From a virus (lineage: Duplodnaviria > Caudoviricetes), in the IMG/VR virus record IMGVR_UViG_3300009678_000019, positions 1 through 46,385 of that record: 46,385 nucleotides of DNA; one strand, given 5' to 3'. The notes below the pieces were generated by a model. The model made no database searches and was not told where the DNA came from. It worked only from the letters and a program-made list of their open reading frames with translations. Position 1 is the first letter of the stretch. Each line of letters begins with the position of its first letter. Made by a program: the position numbers and the translations under genes. Below are positions 7,837 through 18,800 of this stretch, in pieces.

Positions 7837-8235
7837 ATGGATGCGACGCAAAGCTGGAAAGGAATCCGGCATTTCAGCCCGAAGGAGTTCGACTCTCCTG
7901 ATGCGCCAGGCTCGGGGCTGAACATGGACTTGGCGTTTGTCGCGAAGCTCGACGAGCTGCGCGATCGCTGCGGGTTTCCCTTCTCCGTCAACTCGGGATA
8001 TCGAACGCCGGCCCATAACACCAAAGTCTCCGGCGTTCAGCACTCGGCGCACACCTCCGGCCACGCGGCCGATATCCGCGCGGAATCCTCGGGCGCGAAG
8101 TTTCAAATCATCAAACACGCGATCGCGATGGGGTTCACCCGGATCGGCGTCGGCGCCACGTTCGTGCACGTCGACGACGATGAAACAAAGCCGCAAGAAG
8201 TGGTGTGGCTGTACGCCGTCAGAGGGGAGTCCTAA
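7837..8235 (+). CDS. Endolysin, peptidase M15 family
   Basis: F...EF, NSGYR...HN, SAH..G.AADI and FVHVD zinc-ligand motifs. Confidence 0.9.
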   Translation: MDATQSWKGIRHFSPKEFDSPDAPGSGLNMDLAFVAKLDELRDRCGFPFSVNSGYRTPAHNTKVSGVQHSAHTSGHAADIRAESSGAKFQIIKHAIAMGFTRIGVGATFVHVDDDETKPQEVVWLYAVRGES

Positions 8236-9935
8236 TGGACTACATCAGCAAGCGCCAGCAATACCAGATTCTCTACTCCGCGTTGTCGAACGAACGCTCG
8301 ACGTTTCTCGATCATTGGCGCGATCTGTCCGATCACATCCGTCCGCGGCGCTCCCGCTTTCAAGTGACCGATCGCAACAAAGGCGATCGCCGGAGCTCGC
8401 GGATCGTCGACTCGACGGCCACGTTCGCGGCCCGCACGTTGCAGAGTGGTTTGCATGCCGGCATCACGTCGCCGGCGCGGCAGTGGATGAGACTCACGAC
8501 TCCGGATCCGGAGCTCGCGGAACATGGCCCGGTCAAAGAGTGGCTGCACACCGTCACCCAACGGATGATGACGGTCTTCCTGCGGTCGAACCTATACAAC
8601 GCGCTGCCGATCCTCTACGGCGACGTCGGTGTGTTCGGAACCGGGGTAATGGCGGTTCTCGAGGACGAGCACGATTTTATCCGCTGCGTTCCCTATCCGA
8701 TCGGGAGCTACATGCTCGGCGTCTCCTCGAGGGGCGTCGTCGATACGTGTTTTCGCGAATGGCAAATGACGGTGCGCCAGGTGATCGACTTCTTCGGCCG
8801 GCCGAACGGGCAACCCGAAATCGACTGGTCGCACCTCTCCGACAACGTCAAGAAGCAATACGACGACAAGCATTACGACGCGCTGATCGAGGTCTGCTGG
8901 GTGGTCACGCCTAACCCCGATTTCGATCCGGAGCGCCTGGAACCGAAATACATGCGGTTCCATTCCTGCCACTACGAAAAAGCCATCGAACAAGAAGAGA
9001 AGTTCCTCCGGGAGTCGGGCTTCAACGAATTCCCGGTGCTCGCGCCGCGGTGGGACGTGACCGGCCACGAAGACATTTACGGCACGAGCTGCCCGGGCAT
9101 GGACTGCCTCGGCGACGTCCATTCCCTGATGTTGATGCAAAAGCGCAAGGCGCAACTCGTCGAGATCGGCATCAACCCTTCGGTCCAGGCGCCGACGCAT
9201 TTAAAGAATCAACCCGTGTCGCTTCTGCCTGGCGGGGTGACCTACGCCGACATGACGCAAGGCCACCAGGGGATCCGGCCGATCCGCGAAGTCAACCTGG
9301 CGGCGCTGCAATTCTTGATCTCCGATATTCAGGACACACGGGAAATGATCCGGCGCGCTTTCCATGAGGACCTCTTCCTCATGTTGGCGCAGTCGGACCG
9401 GCGCGAAATCACGGCGCGCGAAATCGAGGAGCGCCACGAAGAGAAGCTTCTCGCCCTGGGGCCGGTACTCGAGCGGATGAATGACGAGCTCCTGGATCCG
9501 CTGATCGATCGCGTCTACGCCATGATGGAGCGCGCCGGCATGATTCCGGAGCCCCCGGACGATCTCAGCGGGATGGCCCTCAAGGTCGAATACACGTCGT
9601 TGATGGCTCAGGCGCAGAAATTGGTGGGAGTCGTCGGCCAGGACCGCTTGCTGCAATCGGTGCTCCCGCTCGCCGACGTGTGGCCGGAAGTGAAATACAA
9701 AATCGATCCGCTGCAGCTCGTCGACGACTACGGCGACATGCTCGGCGTGAATCCCAAGATCATCGTTCCCGACGATGAAGCTCGAGCGGCGATCGATGCG
9801 GCCCAACAGGCGGCCGCCCAACAACGACAAATCGAACAAGAAGCGATGGCGGCGAAGGGCGTCCGGGATCTCAGCCAGGCGCCGACCGACCAACCCAGCG
9901 CGTTGCAACAAATCATGGAAGGGGCCCAAGCATGA
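8235..9935 (+). CDS. Portal / head-to-tail connector (BPP-1 Bbp21 / T7 gp8-like)
   Basis: DSTA..A..L.SGL..GITSP..W, RW....E.YG.S.PG, TAREI.ER.EEKL..LGPV.ER; about 566 aa. Confidence 0.95.
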   Translation: MDYISKRQQYQILYSALSNERSTFLDHWRDLSDHIRPRRSRFQVTDRNKGDRRSSRIVDSTATFAARTLQSGLHAGITSPARQWMRLTTPDPELAEHGPVKEWLHTVTQRMMTVFLRSNLYNALPILYGDVGVFGTGVMAVLEDEHDFIRCVPYPIGSYMLGVSSRGVVDTCFREWQMTVRQVIDFFGRPNGQPEIDWSHLSDNVKKQYDDKHYDALIEVCWVVTPNPDFDPERLEPKYMRFHSCHYEKAIEQEEKFLRESGFNEFPVLAPRWDVTGHEDIYGTSCPGMDCLGDVHSLMLMQKRKAQLVEIGINPSVQAPTHLKNQPVSLLPGGVTYADMTQGHQGIRPIREVNLAALQFLISDIQDTREMIRRAFHEDLFLMLAQSDRREITAREIEERHEEKLLALGPVLERMNDELLDPLIDRVYAMMERAGMIPEPPDDLSGMALKVEYTSLMAQAQKLVGVVGQDRLLQSVLPLADVWPEVKYKIDPLQLVDDYGDMLGVNPKIIVPDDEARAAIDAAQQAAAQQRQIEQEAMAAKGVRDLSQAPTDQPSALQQIMEGAQA

Positions 9936-10813
9936 GCCAAGTCTCGCAATCCTTTAGTGTGGACGGCGTGAGCGCCGCGTTGTCTCTCGCGCCCGGCCAG
10001 TCGGCAACGATCGCGATCACCGGGAGTTTTACGGGAACCATCTATATCGATGAGTCCGCCAACCCGGGCGCGTTCTGGAAGGAAATCATTTCCGCCACGG
10101 CCGCCTTTTCCGGAACCGTGAAAAATGAATGCGCCGGAACGAGGTGGTATCGCGTGCGCGCGGATGTGACGCCAACGCAAACCGTGAGTACTTCCGATGT
10201 TCCGGACGCGGGCGATCTCAATCTCGACTATGACGGGAATCCGATCACCATCGCGAACGATGAAGGCGCGACGGAGCTCCAGGCCGCGATCCGGGAGATC
10301 GAGGGCCTCGAGGAAGTCGTCGTGACAGGAAGCTTCGCCGCGGGATTCGTCATTGTGTTTCACGGAGTCGAGGCTCCCGAAACGCTCACGGATGACAGCT
10401 CGGACCTCGAAGCGGCAATGAGTCCGGTCACCGTCACGATCGACACCTATAGTGCGACGGGATCCCTCTCCGACGTTGCGGATGTGATCCAGGCGTTTGT
10501 GAATAACGAAGGCGTCCGCGTCCTCATGATTACCGACGCCGGCATGGAATCCCCTAGTGTGACGGCCGCTCTCGCGACGCTGACCGCGGCGGTCATCACC
10601 GCGGCGACGATCACAACGCCAACGTTCGCCAACGACATCATGGTCCTCTCCGGATCCGGGGCGCCCGTCGACTACACCGACGGCGATCCCGCGGCAACCG
10701 GTGAAGGCGTCGCCGGGCCGGGCTCGATCTACCTGCGCACATCGAACGGCAAGATGTATCTCAACGGCGGAACGAAGGCCGAACCGCTGTGGAAGCTGGT
10801 GACGAGCGCATGA
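9932..10813 (+). CDS. Putative virion structural protein
   Basis: Coupled to the portal; beta-rich, C-terminal GSIYLRT..GKMY.N motif. Confidence 0.65.
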   Translation: MSQVSQSFSVDGVSAALSLAPGQSATIAITGSFTGTIYIDESANPGAFWKEIISATAAFSGTVKNECAGTRWYRVRADVTPTQTVSTSDVPDAGDLNLDYDGNPITIANDEGATELQAAIREIEGLEEVVVTGSFAAGFVIVFHGVEAPETLTDDSSDLEAAMSPVTVTIDTYSATGSLSDVADVIQAFVNNEGVRVLMITDAGMESPSVTAALATLTAAVITAATITTPTFANDIMVLSGSGAPVDYTDGDPAATGEGVAGPGSIYLRTSNGKMYLNGGTKAEPLWKLVTSA

Positions 10814-11187
10814 GCGACCTCGTCCACAACGCGGCGGATCCGAAACAGGTCCGATTCGCGAAGGAACAAGAGAAGCGCCGGGCGGACCAAGAGGCCGCGG
10901 CGATGCGAGCGGTACTCGCGACGGAGGCCGGCCGACGGGCGATTTGGACGCGACTCGAAAAGTGCGGCGTCTTCCGCTCCAGTTGGGACCTGGATCCGCA
11001 CACGGTCTATTTCAACGAAGGACGCCGGCAAGTCGGCCTCGAGCTGATCGCCGATATTGCCGCGGCCGACGAAACCGCGCTGCTGCACATGATGAGCGAA
11101 GCGCGCCGGCGCGAAGCGGACGAACGGATCGCGCTCGAGAAGGCGCAAAAAAAGAAACAAGAGGGAACGCCCGATGGCAATGGATGA
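10810..11187 (+). CDS. Bbp19-like protein
   Basis: T.AGRR.IW..L..CGVF.SS......FNEGRR.VGL motif and post-portal position. Confidence 0.8.
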   Translation: MSDLVHNAADPKQVRFAKEQEKRRADQEAAAMRAVLATEAGRRAIWTRLEKCGVFRSSWDLDPHTVYFNEGRRQVGLELIADIAAADETALLHMMSEARRREADERIALEKAQKKKQEGTPDGNG

Positions 11188-11779
11188 TGCCGCATTTCAA
11201 GCCTCGTTGAACGAGGACCAAAAAGCATATTTCGGGACCGCGATCACGTCCGCCTCCGAAGCGGCCGTCACGAAGCATAAGACGGACGCCGAAGAGGCCC
11301 GCAAGAAAGGGATCCCGGACAAATACGAACTCAAACCCGCGGAGAAATCCGCGCTTGAAGCGACCGACCTCGAGAGGATTTCGCAATATGCAAAATCGAA
11401 TGGACTCTCCCAAGAGCAAGCGGCCGCACTCCTTAAGCACAGCGAAGAAACCGCGACGTCGATCGTCGGCCGGAAAGACACGGCCGCGAAAACTGAACGC
11501 GAGGCCTGGGCGGAGAAAACCAAAACCGATAAGGAAGTCGGCGGCGAGCATTACGCCCAAACGTTGATTCACGTCAAGCGCGTCGCGGATCGCTTTTTCC
11601 CGAAAGATTCCGCGTTCTCGAAATTCCTCGAGGAAACCGGCTACGGCAATCATCCGGAGTGGGTGCGGTTTATCAACTCGATCGGGAGAGCGATGGGCGA
11701 AGACACACCGGGAAGCGGGCAACCGGCGATCGGCGGCGACAAGAAGCTGAAAGCGGATCACGAGGTCTTCTTCAACTAA
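11174..11779 (+). CDS. Capsid scaffolding/assembly protein
   Basis: GLSQEQA and TG.GNHP..VR....IG..MGED motifs, immediately before the capsid gene. Confidence 0.75.
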   Translation: MAMDDAAFQASLNEDQKAYFGTAITSASEAAVTKHKTDAEEARKKGIPDKYELKPAEKSALEATDLERISQYAKSNGLSQEQAAALLKHSEETATSIVGRKDTAAKTEREAWAEKTKTDKEVGGEHYAQTLIHVKRVADRFFPKDSAFSKFLEETGYGNHPEWVRFINSIGRAMGEDTPGSGQPAIGGDKKLKADHEVFFN

Positions 11780-11828
11780 AGGAATCGCTCCCAAGGACGG
11801 GAGCTAACGAACCACGGAGGGTTCACAC

Positions 11829-12833
11829 ATGGCAGCTCTAGCAAACACACACCCGACTCTTTTGGATTTCCAGGCCACGCTGGGCCCCGACGACAAAGTC
11901 GGCCGCACGATCGGGATCCTGGATGAAGTCAATCCCATGATCGCGGACGTGAACATGATCGAGGGCAACGAGGTCGATTCGCACGTCTCGATGATGGATA
12001 CAGGCATCCCTGAGCCGGCCTTCCGGAAGTACTACGGCTACACCCAGCCGGCGAAAGGAACGCAGGCCAAAGTGCGCGACACCTGCGCGATGGCCGAAGC
12101 CTATCCGGAAGTCGACAAGGCGCTGGCCGATCGCAATAACAACGCGGCCGCGTTCCGGATGAATCAGCTTCGGAAACACATCGAAGGCTTCGGCCAGAAG
12201 TTTTCCACCAGCGTGTTCTATGGAAACAGCGCGACCGAACCCGAAGGCGTGCTCGGCCTGGCGCCGCGCTTCGCCACGAAATCCGGCGCGGTGAATGGCG
12301 AGAACATCATCCTCGGCGGCGGCGCCGGCGCCGACAACGCGAGTATCTGGCTCGTCGTTCACGGGGAAACAAAGGGTCTGCACGGTTTCTATCCGAAAGG
12401 ATCGCAAGCCGGGATCCAGATCAACGACCAAGGCGAGCAGACGAAACCGGATCCGGCAGGAACCGGCGGTTACATGCAGGTGTACCGCAACCACATCCGA
12501 TGGGACTGGGGTTTTGCGGTTCCCGATTGGCGCTACATCGTGAGAATCCCCAACATCGACGTGAGCGACCTCAAGAAAGACCCATCTACCGGAGGCGCCG
12601 ACCTGATCGAAAAGATCACGATGGCGCTCGAGCTCCCGCCGGACCTCAACGGCCGCCCGATCATTTATTGCTGCCGGACGCTCCGCACGTTCCTTCGGTT
12701 GCAAGTCCAGAACGCCGTAAAGAATTCCACGCTCACGATGGAAGACGTCGCGGGCAAGAGGATTCTGATGTTCGACGGCATCCCCGTCAAGCGCGTGGAC
12801 TCGCTTCTCGAGAACGAATCCCTCGTCGCGTAA
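11829..12833 (+). CDS. Major capsid protein (BPP-1 Bbp17-like)
   Basis: GGAGG RBS; TG.P...FR, VDKALAD, FYGN...P....GLA.R, SIWLV, DWRY.VRI.NID, FDGIP....D. Confidence 0.92.
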   Translation: MAALANTHPTLLDFQATLGPDDKVGRTIGILDEVNPMIADVNMIEGNEVDSHVSMMDTGIPEPAFRKYYGYTQPAKGTQAKVRDTCAMAEAYPEVDKALADRNNNAAAFRMNQLRKHIEGFGQKFSTSVFYGNSATEPEGVLGLAPRFATKSGAVNGENIILGGGAGADNASIWLVVHGETKGLHGFYPKGSQAGIQINDQGEQTKPDPAGTGGYMQVYRNHIRWDWGFAVPDWRYIVRIPNIDVSDLKKDPSTGGADLIEKITMALELPPDLNGRPIIYCCRTLRTFLRLQVQNAVKNSTLTMEDVAGKRILMFDGIPVKRVDSLLENESLVA

Positions 12834-12846
12834 ACCGGTCAACCGC

Positions 12847-12870
12847 GCTGGCGTCTTCAAAGACGCCAGC
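12847..12870 (+). promoter_or_regulatory. Perfect 10-bp hairpin after the capsid gene (mRNA stabiliser/attenuator)
   Basis: GCTGGCGTCT-TCAA-AGACGCCAGC with no following U tract. Confidence 0.5.
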
Positions 12871-12902
12871 AAAAACGGACTTCAACCAAGGAGGGTTGAA
12901 TC

Positions 12903-13379
12903 ATGGCTCTTTTGGACAAACTCACAGAATTTTGCGATGCCGTCTCGGTTGCCGGTTCGGCCGGGACCGCCCTGGTCGGTAGTCAAGTGGACCTGAGCGT
13001 CGCGCGCGACCTGGGCAACCTGGGCGAGGCTCTCTATTTCATGATCACCGTGGACACCGAGATCATCACCGGCGGATCTGCCGGCACGATCATTTTCAAG
13101 CTGTCGTCCGACGCGACGGCGGCGATCGCGACGGACGGAACCGCGACCGATCACATCGTCAGTAAGACTTACGTTACTGATGATTCGGCGGCGAACGATT
13201 CGCAGATGAACGCGGGCGGGATTCCCGTCTGTGTGAAGCTGCCGCTCGAGGGACCCGTGTACGAGCAGTTCCTCGGCGTGCTGGTGGTGATCGGAACGAC
13301 CACGGTCACAGCCGGCAAGATCAACGCGTTTTTCACAACCAATCCGCAGGCCTGGAAGGCCTATCCCAACGCGATCTAA
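12903..13379 (+). CDS. Capsid cement/decoration protein (Bbp16-like)
   Basis: LLD...F.D....S..VDL...RDLG.GE.L...TAGKINAF...WKAYP pattern, directly after the capsid gene. Confidence 0.82.
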   Translation: MALLDKLTEFCDAVSVAGSAGTALVGSQVDLSVARDLGNLGEALYFMITVDTEIITGGSAGTIIFKLSSDATAAIATDGTATDHIVSKTYVTDDSAANDSQMNAGGIPVCVKLPLEGPVYEQFLGVLVVIGTTTVTAGKINAFFTTNPQAWKAYPNAI

Positions 13380-13386
13380 CGCGTGA

Positions 13387-13430
13387 CTCGAGTTGAACCC
13401 CCTCCCCCGGGGTTCAGCTCGAGCTTTTTT
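13387..13430 (+). terminator. Rho-independent terminator
   Basis: CTCGAGTTGAACCCC..GGGGTTCAGCTCGAG followed by CTTTTTT. Confidence 0.8.
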
Positions 13431-13454
13431 AAATGCGAGTCAAGGAGGACTCCC

Positions 13455-13652
13455 ATGCGCGTACGAGCGACAAAACGCTGCTTTATTGAAAACTCTCTTC
13501 GTCTACCCGGGAAGGAATTCGCTCTCCTGGATCCGAAGCATTTCAACCCGAAATGCATGGAGAAGCTCGACGGCCGCAAGCCGCCCGCGGCGACCAACGA
13601 ACCAAAGAAACCGGAAACCAGTGCGCCGACCGGATCGCAAGAGGTCATCTAG
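13455..13652 (+). CDS. Small virion-module protein (MRVRATKRCFI...)
   Basis: AAGGAGG RBS; typical post-cement small gene. Confidence 0.7.
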   Translation: MRVRATKRCFIENSLRLPGKEFALLDPKHFNPKCMEKLDGRKPPAATNEPKKPETSAPTGSQEVI

Positions 13653-13654
13653 CC

Positions 13655-14482
13655 ATGAAACGAACACTTACGTTACTGGCGTGCATCCTGGCCTTCGCGA
13701 TCGGGGCGCAGGCGCAGGCCCGGGTGATTCCGCTCCAAACCATCTACGGGACCGGCACGTTCACGACAACGCTCCCGGTTGGCAATCGGTCCCACGAATT
13801 TGTGTACACCGTCGGCCAGGGTATTTCCGCGATCTCCGTTGTGGTGAAGGCCGGCGCTCGAGGCTCGGCCGGATCCCTAACCACGCTGGACACAAAGACC
13901 GCGCTCGATGGCAGCGACAACCATGTGACGTTTTCCGGGGTGTACGACTACCTCGAGGCGACGGTCACCGCAACCGGAGCGGGCCCGATCAATGGGTCGT
14001 ATATCGGCGCGCCGGCGGTGGGCGGCGGGACCGGGTTCACGCTCCTCGACGACATGGGAAATGTGATTTGCATTGACGGCGCCCCGTGTTGGGTGACTTC
14101 GGAGCCTTCAGGCCCCCAACCGAAGGCGGATTCGACGTCGGTCGCGCCGGCGACGGATGCCAGCTTCCCGACAACGCCCGATTACAACTTCACAACACCG
14201 GCGGATTTCTCGCTGCAGTTCGTTCCCGATTCCCTGACGGCCCTGACCGCGAGCGCGGTCCTGGTGATGTCCATCGAATGCAACAACCAAACAACGAGCG
14301 CAGCCACGCTCGGTATTACCAACACGGCAGCAACGCTGTATATCACTGGCACCCTGTTCTCCATACCGCCGAAGGCCAGCTACTCCCGAAGCTTCCCCCA
14401 GGGAATCGTCATGGATGGCATCAAGTGGATCGCGGGCACGGCCAGCGCGATCAACTGCACGGTGCGAGGTAAAACGACATGA
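13655..14482 (+). CDS. Signal-peptide-bearing beta-rich protein
   Basis: MKRTLTLLACILAFAIGAQA|Q Sec-type leader; 4 Cys in the mature part. Confidence 0.75.
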   Translation: MKRTLTLLACILAFAIGAQAQARVIPLQTIYGTGTFTTTLPVGNRSHEFVYTVGQGISAISVVVKAGARGSAGSLTTLDTKTALDGSDNHVTFSGVYDYLEATVTATGAGPINGSYIGAPAVGGGTGFTLLDDMGNVICIDGAPCWVTSEPSGPQPKADSTSVAPATDASFPTTPDYNFTTPADFSLQFVPDSLTALTASAVLVMSIECNNQTTSAATLGITNTAATLYITGTLFSIPPKASYSRSFPQGIVMDGIKWIAGTASAINCTVRGKTT

Positions 14483-15105
14483 GGCGGACCGGTATTCTCG
14501 CTTTGCTTATTGTCGTCGGCCTCGGACTGATCGCGGCGGCGGAACCGCAACTGATTTGCAGCGGCGGGAATTGTCCGTGGAGCGGCACGATTCCGGTTGC
14601 GCTAGGGTCCGACGCTCGCGGCGATGTCTATTTCCGCAACAGCTCAGGGAACCTTGCCCGGCTTGCGCTAGGCGCTGCCGGAACGGTGCTGAAGGGTAGC
14701 GCGACGGATCCGGCGTATGCGGCGGTGTCGTTGACGGCGGACGTCTCGGGAGTCCTCCCGCGGGCGAATGGCGGGACCGCTCACTCCGGCGGGATTACCA
14801 CGGCTGCGGACGGGCCGACCGTCACCTTCGATCTTGTGTCAACGAACAGTCTCCTGCAAGCCCTGACACTCGGCGGCAATCGCACGCTCGTGGTATCGAA
14901 TGACGTGGCGGGCGACATCTTCACGCTTCGCTTGATCCAGGATGGGACAGGCTCGCGGACCGTCACTTGGTTTTCCGGAATCAAGTGGCCAGCAGCGACG
15001 GTTCCGACACTCACCACTACGGCAGCCAAGATCGATATTGTGACCTGCATCGTTATCACGGCGGGCAGCGCGTACGAATGCATGGTTGCGGGACAGAATC
15101 TATGA
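14479..15105 (+). CDS. Signal-peptide-bearing tail-fibre-like protein
   Basis: MRRTGILALLIVVGLGLIAAA leader; fibre motifs VSGVLPRANGGT and TL.LIQDGTGSRTVTW...KW....PTLTTTA..IDI. Confidence 0.75.
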   Translation: MRRTGILALLIVVGLGLIAAAEPQLICSGGNCPWSGTIPVALGSDARGDVYFRNSSGNLARLALGAAGTVLKGSATDPAYAAVSLTADVSGVLPRANGGTAHSGGITTAADGPTVTFDLVSTNSLLQALTLGGNRTLVVSNDVAGDIFTLRLIQDGTGSRTVTWFSGIKWPAATVPTLTTTAAKIDIVTCIVITAGSAYECMVAGQNL

Positions 15106-15878
15106 CGCGGCTTCTCGTGATCCTCGGGGTGTTGTGTTGCGCGTCGCTGGCGCTGGCGCAGGTTGGCTACGACACGTCGAACGGCGCGCACCCGACGGGC
15201 ACCAATCCGGTGACCTTCTCGATGACGACCGCCAACGTCGCGAATCGGTTGCAGCTTGGCTCGACCGCGTCCTTTGCGATGTCCGACCCGGCCCCAACGG
15301 TGAGCGACGGACCGACGTATGCGGCCGTTGGGCTCACAGCGGTGGCCGCGGAATTCACCGCGAATTGTTGCGCGAATGACATGTGGGTTCGAGCGCGGGC
15401 TTATTACTTAGTCGCTCCTGCAACTGGAAGCAACACGTACTCGACAACCTACGCGAGTGTCGCCAATGGCAATCCGGCAAACGCTGCGATCAGCCTAAAC
15501 AACGTCAACCAGTCGACGCCAACACGAACGCCATGCACGGCGTCTTCGTCTTCCGGCGCGACGTCCGCGCAGGTGAGCTGTACCACGACCATCGGTGATG
15601 AGTTGGTATGCTTCGTTTCTCTGTGGGCTTACACGGGCGGACCAGGAACGGTCACGTTTAGCGGCTCCGGTCACACCGTGCGATTTCAGGGCAACACGGC
15701 GACGGACGACTACATAGCCATCTCCACCAAAACCGCGACCACGACCACTACAACCTGTGATTGGAGCTGGGTCAACTCAACGCTGATGTACGCCATCGGG
15801 ATTCCCGTCGTTCCCAATTCGCTGCCGGATGCAGGAACGGCGAAGCCGGCGCTTCTGGTTCACGCCTCGGGGCAATAA
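15102..15878 (+). CDS. Signal-peptide-bearing Thr/Ser-rich beta protein (receptor-binding domain candidate)
   Basis: MTRLLVILGVLCCASLALA|Q leader; 6 mature Cys; ATGA coupling. Confidence 0.72.
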   Translation: MTRLLVILGVLCCASLALAQVGYDTSNGAHPTGTNPVTFSMTTANVANRLQLGSTASFAMSDPAPTVSDGPTYAAVGLTAVAAEFTANCCANDMWVRARAYYLVAPATGSNTYSTTYASVANGNPANAAISLNNVNQSTPTRTPCTASSSSGATSAQVSCTTTIGDELVCFVSLWAYTGGPGTVTFSGSGHTVRFQGNTATDDYIAISTKTATTTTTTCDWSWVNSTLMYAIGIPVVPNSLPDAGTAKPALLVHASGQ

Positions 15879-15890
15879 CAAAGGATTGTT

Positions 15891-18800
15891 ATGTTGAAGC
15901 GATTCGTTCTCCCTGTCCTTCTCGCTCTCGGCTCGTGGAACGCCAGTCCGGCTCACGCGCAAACGCCTCCGCCATTTGCGGATTCCTGGATTGGCCTGCA
16001 CACCTATACGTATTTCGGCGTTATTGGAGTGGACACCGCGGCGGAAGCAAGCGCCCTGTGCCCCCGGGCTTGGCAGTTCGACTTCGGATACTCGACGGGC
16101 GGCGGCTACGACGTGTTGCGGGCGTGCAATCCCAGCTACCAGAACACGCTGTATTTCGATGGCATGCAAGGCGAGGGCTGGTCGACGGCGAACCTGCTCG
16201 CGCAGCATCCGGAATGGGTACTTTATCTCTGCGATCGCGTGACGCCGCTCGAGGAATACGACTATCGAGCGAGCGTTCCGAATTTCATCAACGAGGCCTA
16301 TCGCGAATGGAAGTGGGCGAACATCATCGCCCCGCGCTTGTTCAACAACATCAACACTTTCATATTCGACAACATGCTTTTGACGAACACGGCGAGCCCC
16401 GTGAATCCAGACGAGCCGGACATGCCAAATTACGGAGTCTACGGAGCGGCGTGCGGCTACTACCCCACAGCGACGCCAGCGGATCCGCGGCCTGCGGGCG
16501 GCTGGGTCCAACGTTGGTCCGGAAATATGCACGACGTCCAGTGGGTTGACGACGTTATCGACTGGGCAGACTGGCTCACGACCCGCTTGCATGCGAATGG
16601 GAAAAAGTTCTGCCTGCAAGGGTTTCCCGACGAGATCTACTCCCCGTGGCAAATCGCTTTCGCAAAATACGCGGAATTCGTCGAGAAAATTGAATGCGTA
16701 CACGTGGAAGGCAGTGGGATGACGCCTGTGACCATTGGCGGTGGAAGCTTCCGAGCCAACATGAATTTTATTCGGGACATGAACGCGGTGGGCCACGGCG
16801 TCTATCAACTGACCACTCCGATGTTCAACAACGAAAGCTCCTGGTCGTCTGACGACATTCCGGTTGCACTGCACAAGTTCGCGATTGCCTCTTATCTGAT
16901 GGCGAAGGGCCATCACCACGCGATCGCCGTCATTACACCGCTCCAGTTTTTCTACGGCGACGGCTCGACGTACGAAAACACGACGTGGACGCCGCTTTAT
17001 GATGCGATTCATTCCGGCACGGGCGTGACGGGCGCGCGGGGAATCGGAGCGCCATGCGAGGACTATCAAGTTGTCGGGGTGGATAACGGCGGCGACAACC
17101 AGCTCTTCAAAAGAGAACACACGGGCGGGCTCGTTTACATGAACGGCACGGTCACGCATCCAGGTATCCCGGGCCAAGGTATTCCCGGAGGCACCGGCAC
17201 GACGTTTAATCCGACCTTGCCTACGGGCAATTGGGCGGGCTGGCGAGATCCCGATAATAACGTTGTTGCAGGTCCGACGGTCTCGGTGGGGCCGATTGTC
17301 TACACTGGCAATTTCCCTTGGCAACTCGCGTATCCGACCGACTACCCGGTCACGATCATCTTGAAGACTCAACCTAGCGCCGACGATCCACCGCCCGCCT
17401 GTTCGGGAGGCGGCGATCAAACGGCGCCCGTCATCAGCGCCCTGAACGTGATTGACATTGAAACGGACGAGGCCACGCTCGAGTGGACGACGGACGAAAA
17501 CGCGACGGGTCAGGTGTACCTTGCGACGACGAATCCGCCGGCTATTCTCGTGGATTCCGACGCGACGGCGAACAGCACATCGCACTCCTTCACGGCGTCC
17601 AGCCTGACACCGGGCACGACGTACTTCTATCGCGTCGCGTCCGCGGATTCCGCTGGAAACCTGCGCCAGTCCTCGGTGGGCAGCTACACCACGGATGCGG
17701 CGCCAGACGACGTTGTAATCGTAACGACGTCTCCCCTGCCCGATTGCACGGTAGGCGCGGTCTGCTCTTATCAATTTTCGGCGAGCGGCGGAACGACCGC
17801 CGGCGCGGGCGGTTGGCAGTACGAAGTGCAGGCGGCACTGTTTCAGCCGGCAAGTAATCTCACGAACTTTCCGGTGCTGGTCTCCAAACAGCACGACTCC
17901 TTCAAGAGCGTCGCCAACGGCGGGCGCGTGCAAAGCCCGTCCGGGTACGACATTGTTCCGTTTGCGGCGACCGGCGCCACGACGTCGCTCGATTTCGATT
18001 TTGAATCTTGGGATGGCGCGACGGGAACCTGGACGGGCTGGGTCAAAATACCCACGCTCACGAGCGCCACGCCGACCGTGATTTATTTCGCGGTAGGAAA
18101 CGCGACAGCCACACAGTCGAGCGCAAACGAAGCGGCCACGTGGGGCGCCTACAAAGCGGTCTACCATGGCGGGTCTGGAGCTCCGGACGCGACCGGTGGG
18201 CATGGCGGCTCATTCGTCGGCACGGTGTCGTCCGTCTCCGGGAAAGTGGGCTCCGCCTTCGACCTCGGCGCGGCAGCAGGGCGCATCACGGTGGCGGACC
18301 ATGACGACTTTTCGCCCGGGAATGGCTCGACGGATTCCGCGTTCTCTGTGGAACAGTGGGTGAAGTTCACCAACGCCGATAGCGGTATCGACGATATTGT
18401 CGGCAAGTACATCAACCCGCATCGCGAATGGCTGCTGTTCAAGTCGAACACGACGCTGTTCCTTGTGCTTTTCGATGAGTCCACGAACGCGCAAATCGCC
18501 CGCGGCTATTCCATGGCCTGGGATACCGGATGGCATCACGTCGCGGTCACATCCGCCGGCACGGGCGGCGCGGGCATCATTTTCTACATCGACGGCGCTG
18601 CTGTTGCGCAGAACGCCGACTCCGACGATGGCAGCTACACCGCCGTCGAGAACCTGGCAACCGGGGTTGAGATCGGAGGCCGGAACGGCAACAACAATTT
18701 TCGAGGCTTGCTTGACGAAGTCCGATTCACCACCGGTGTGAAGGCGGCAGCGTGGATTGCCGCCAATTATGCGAATCAGAATAATCCCAGCGGGACGGTC

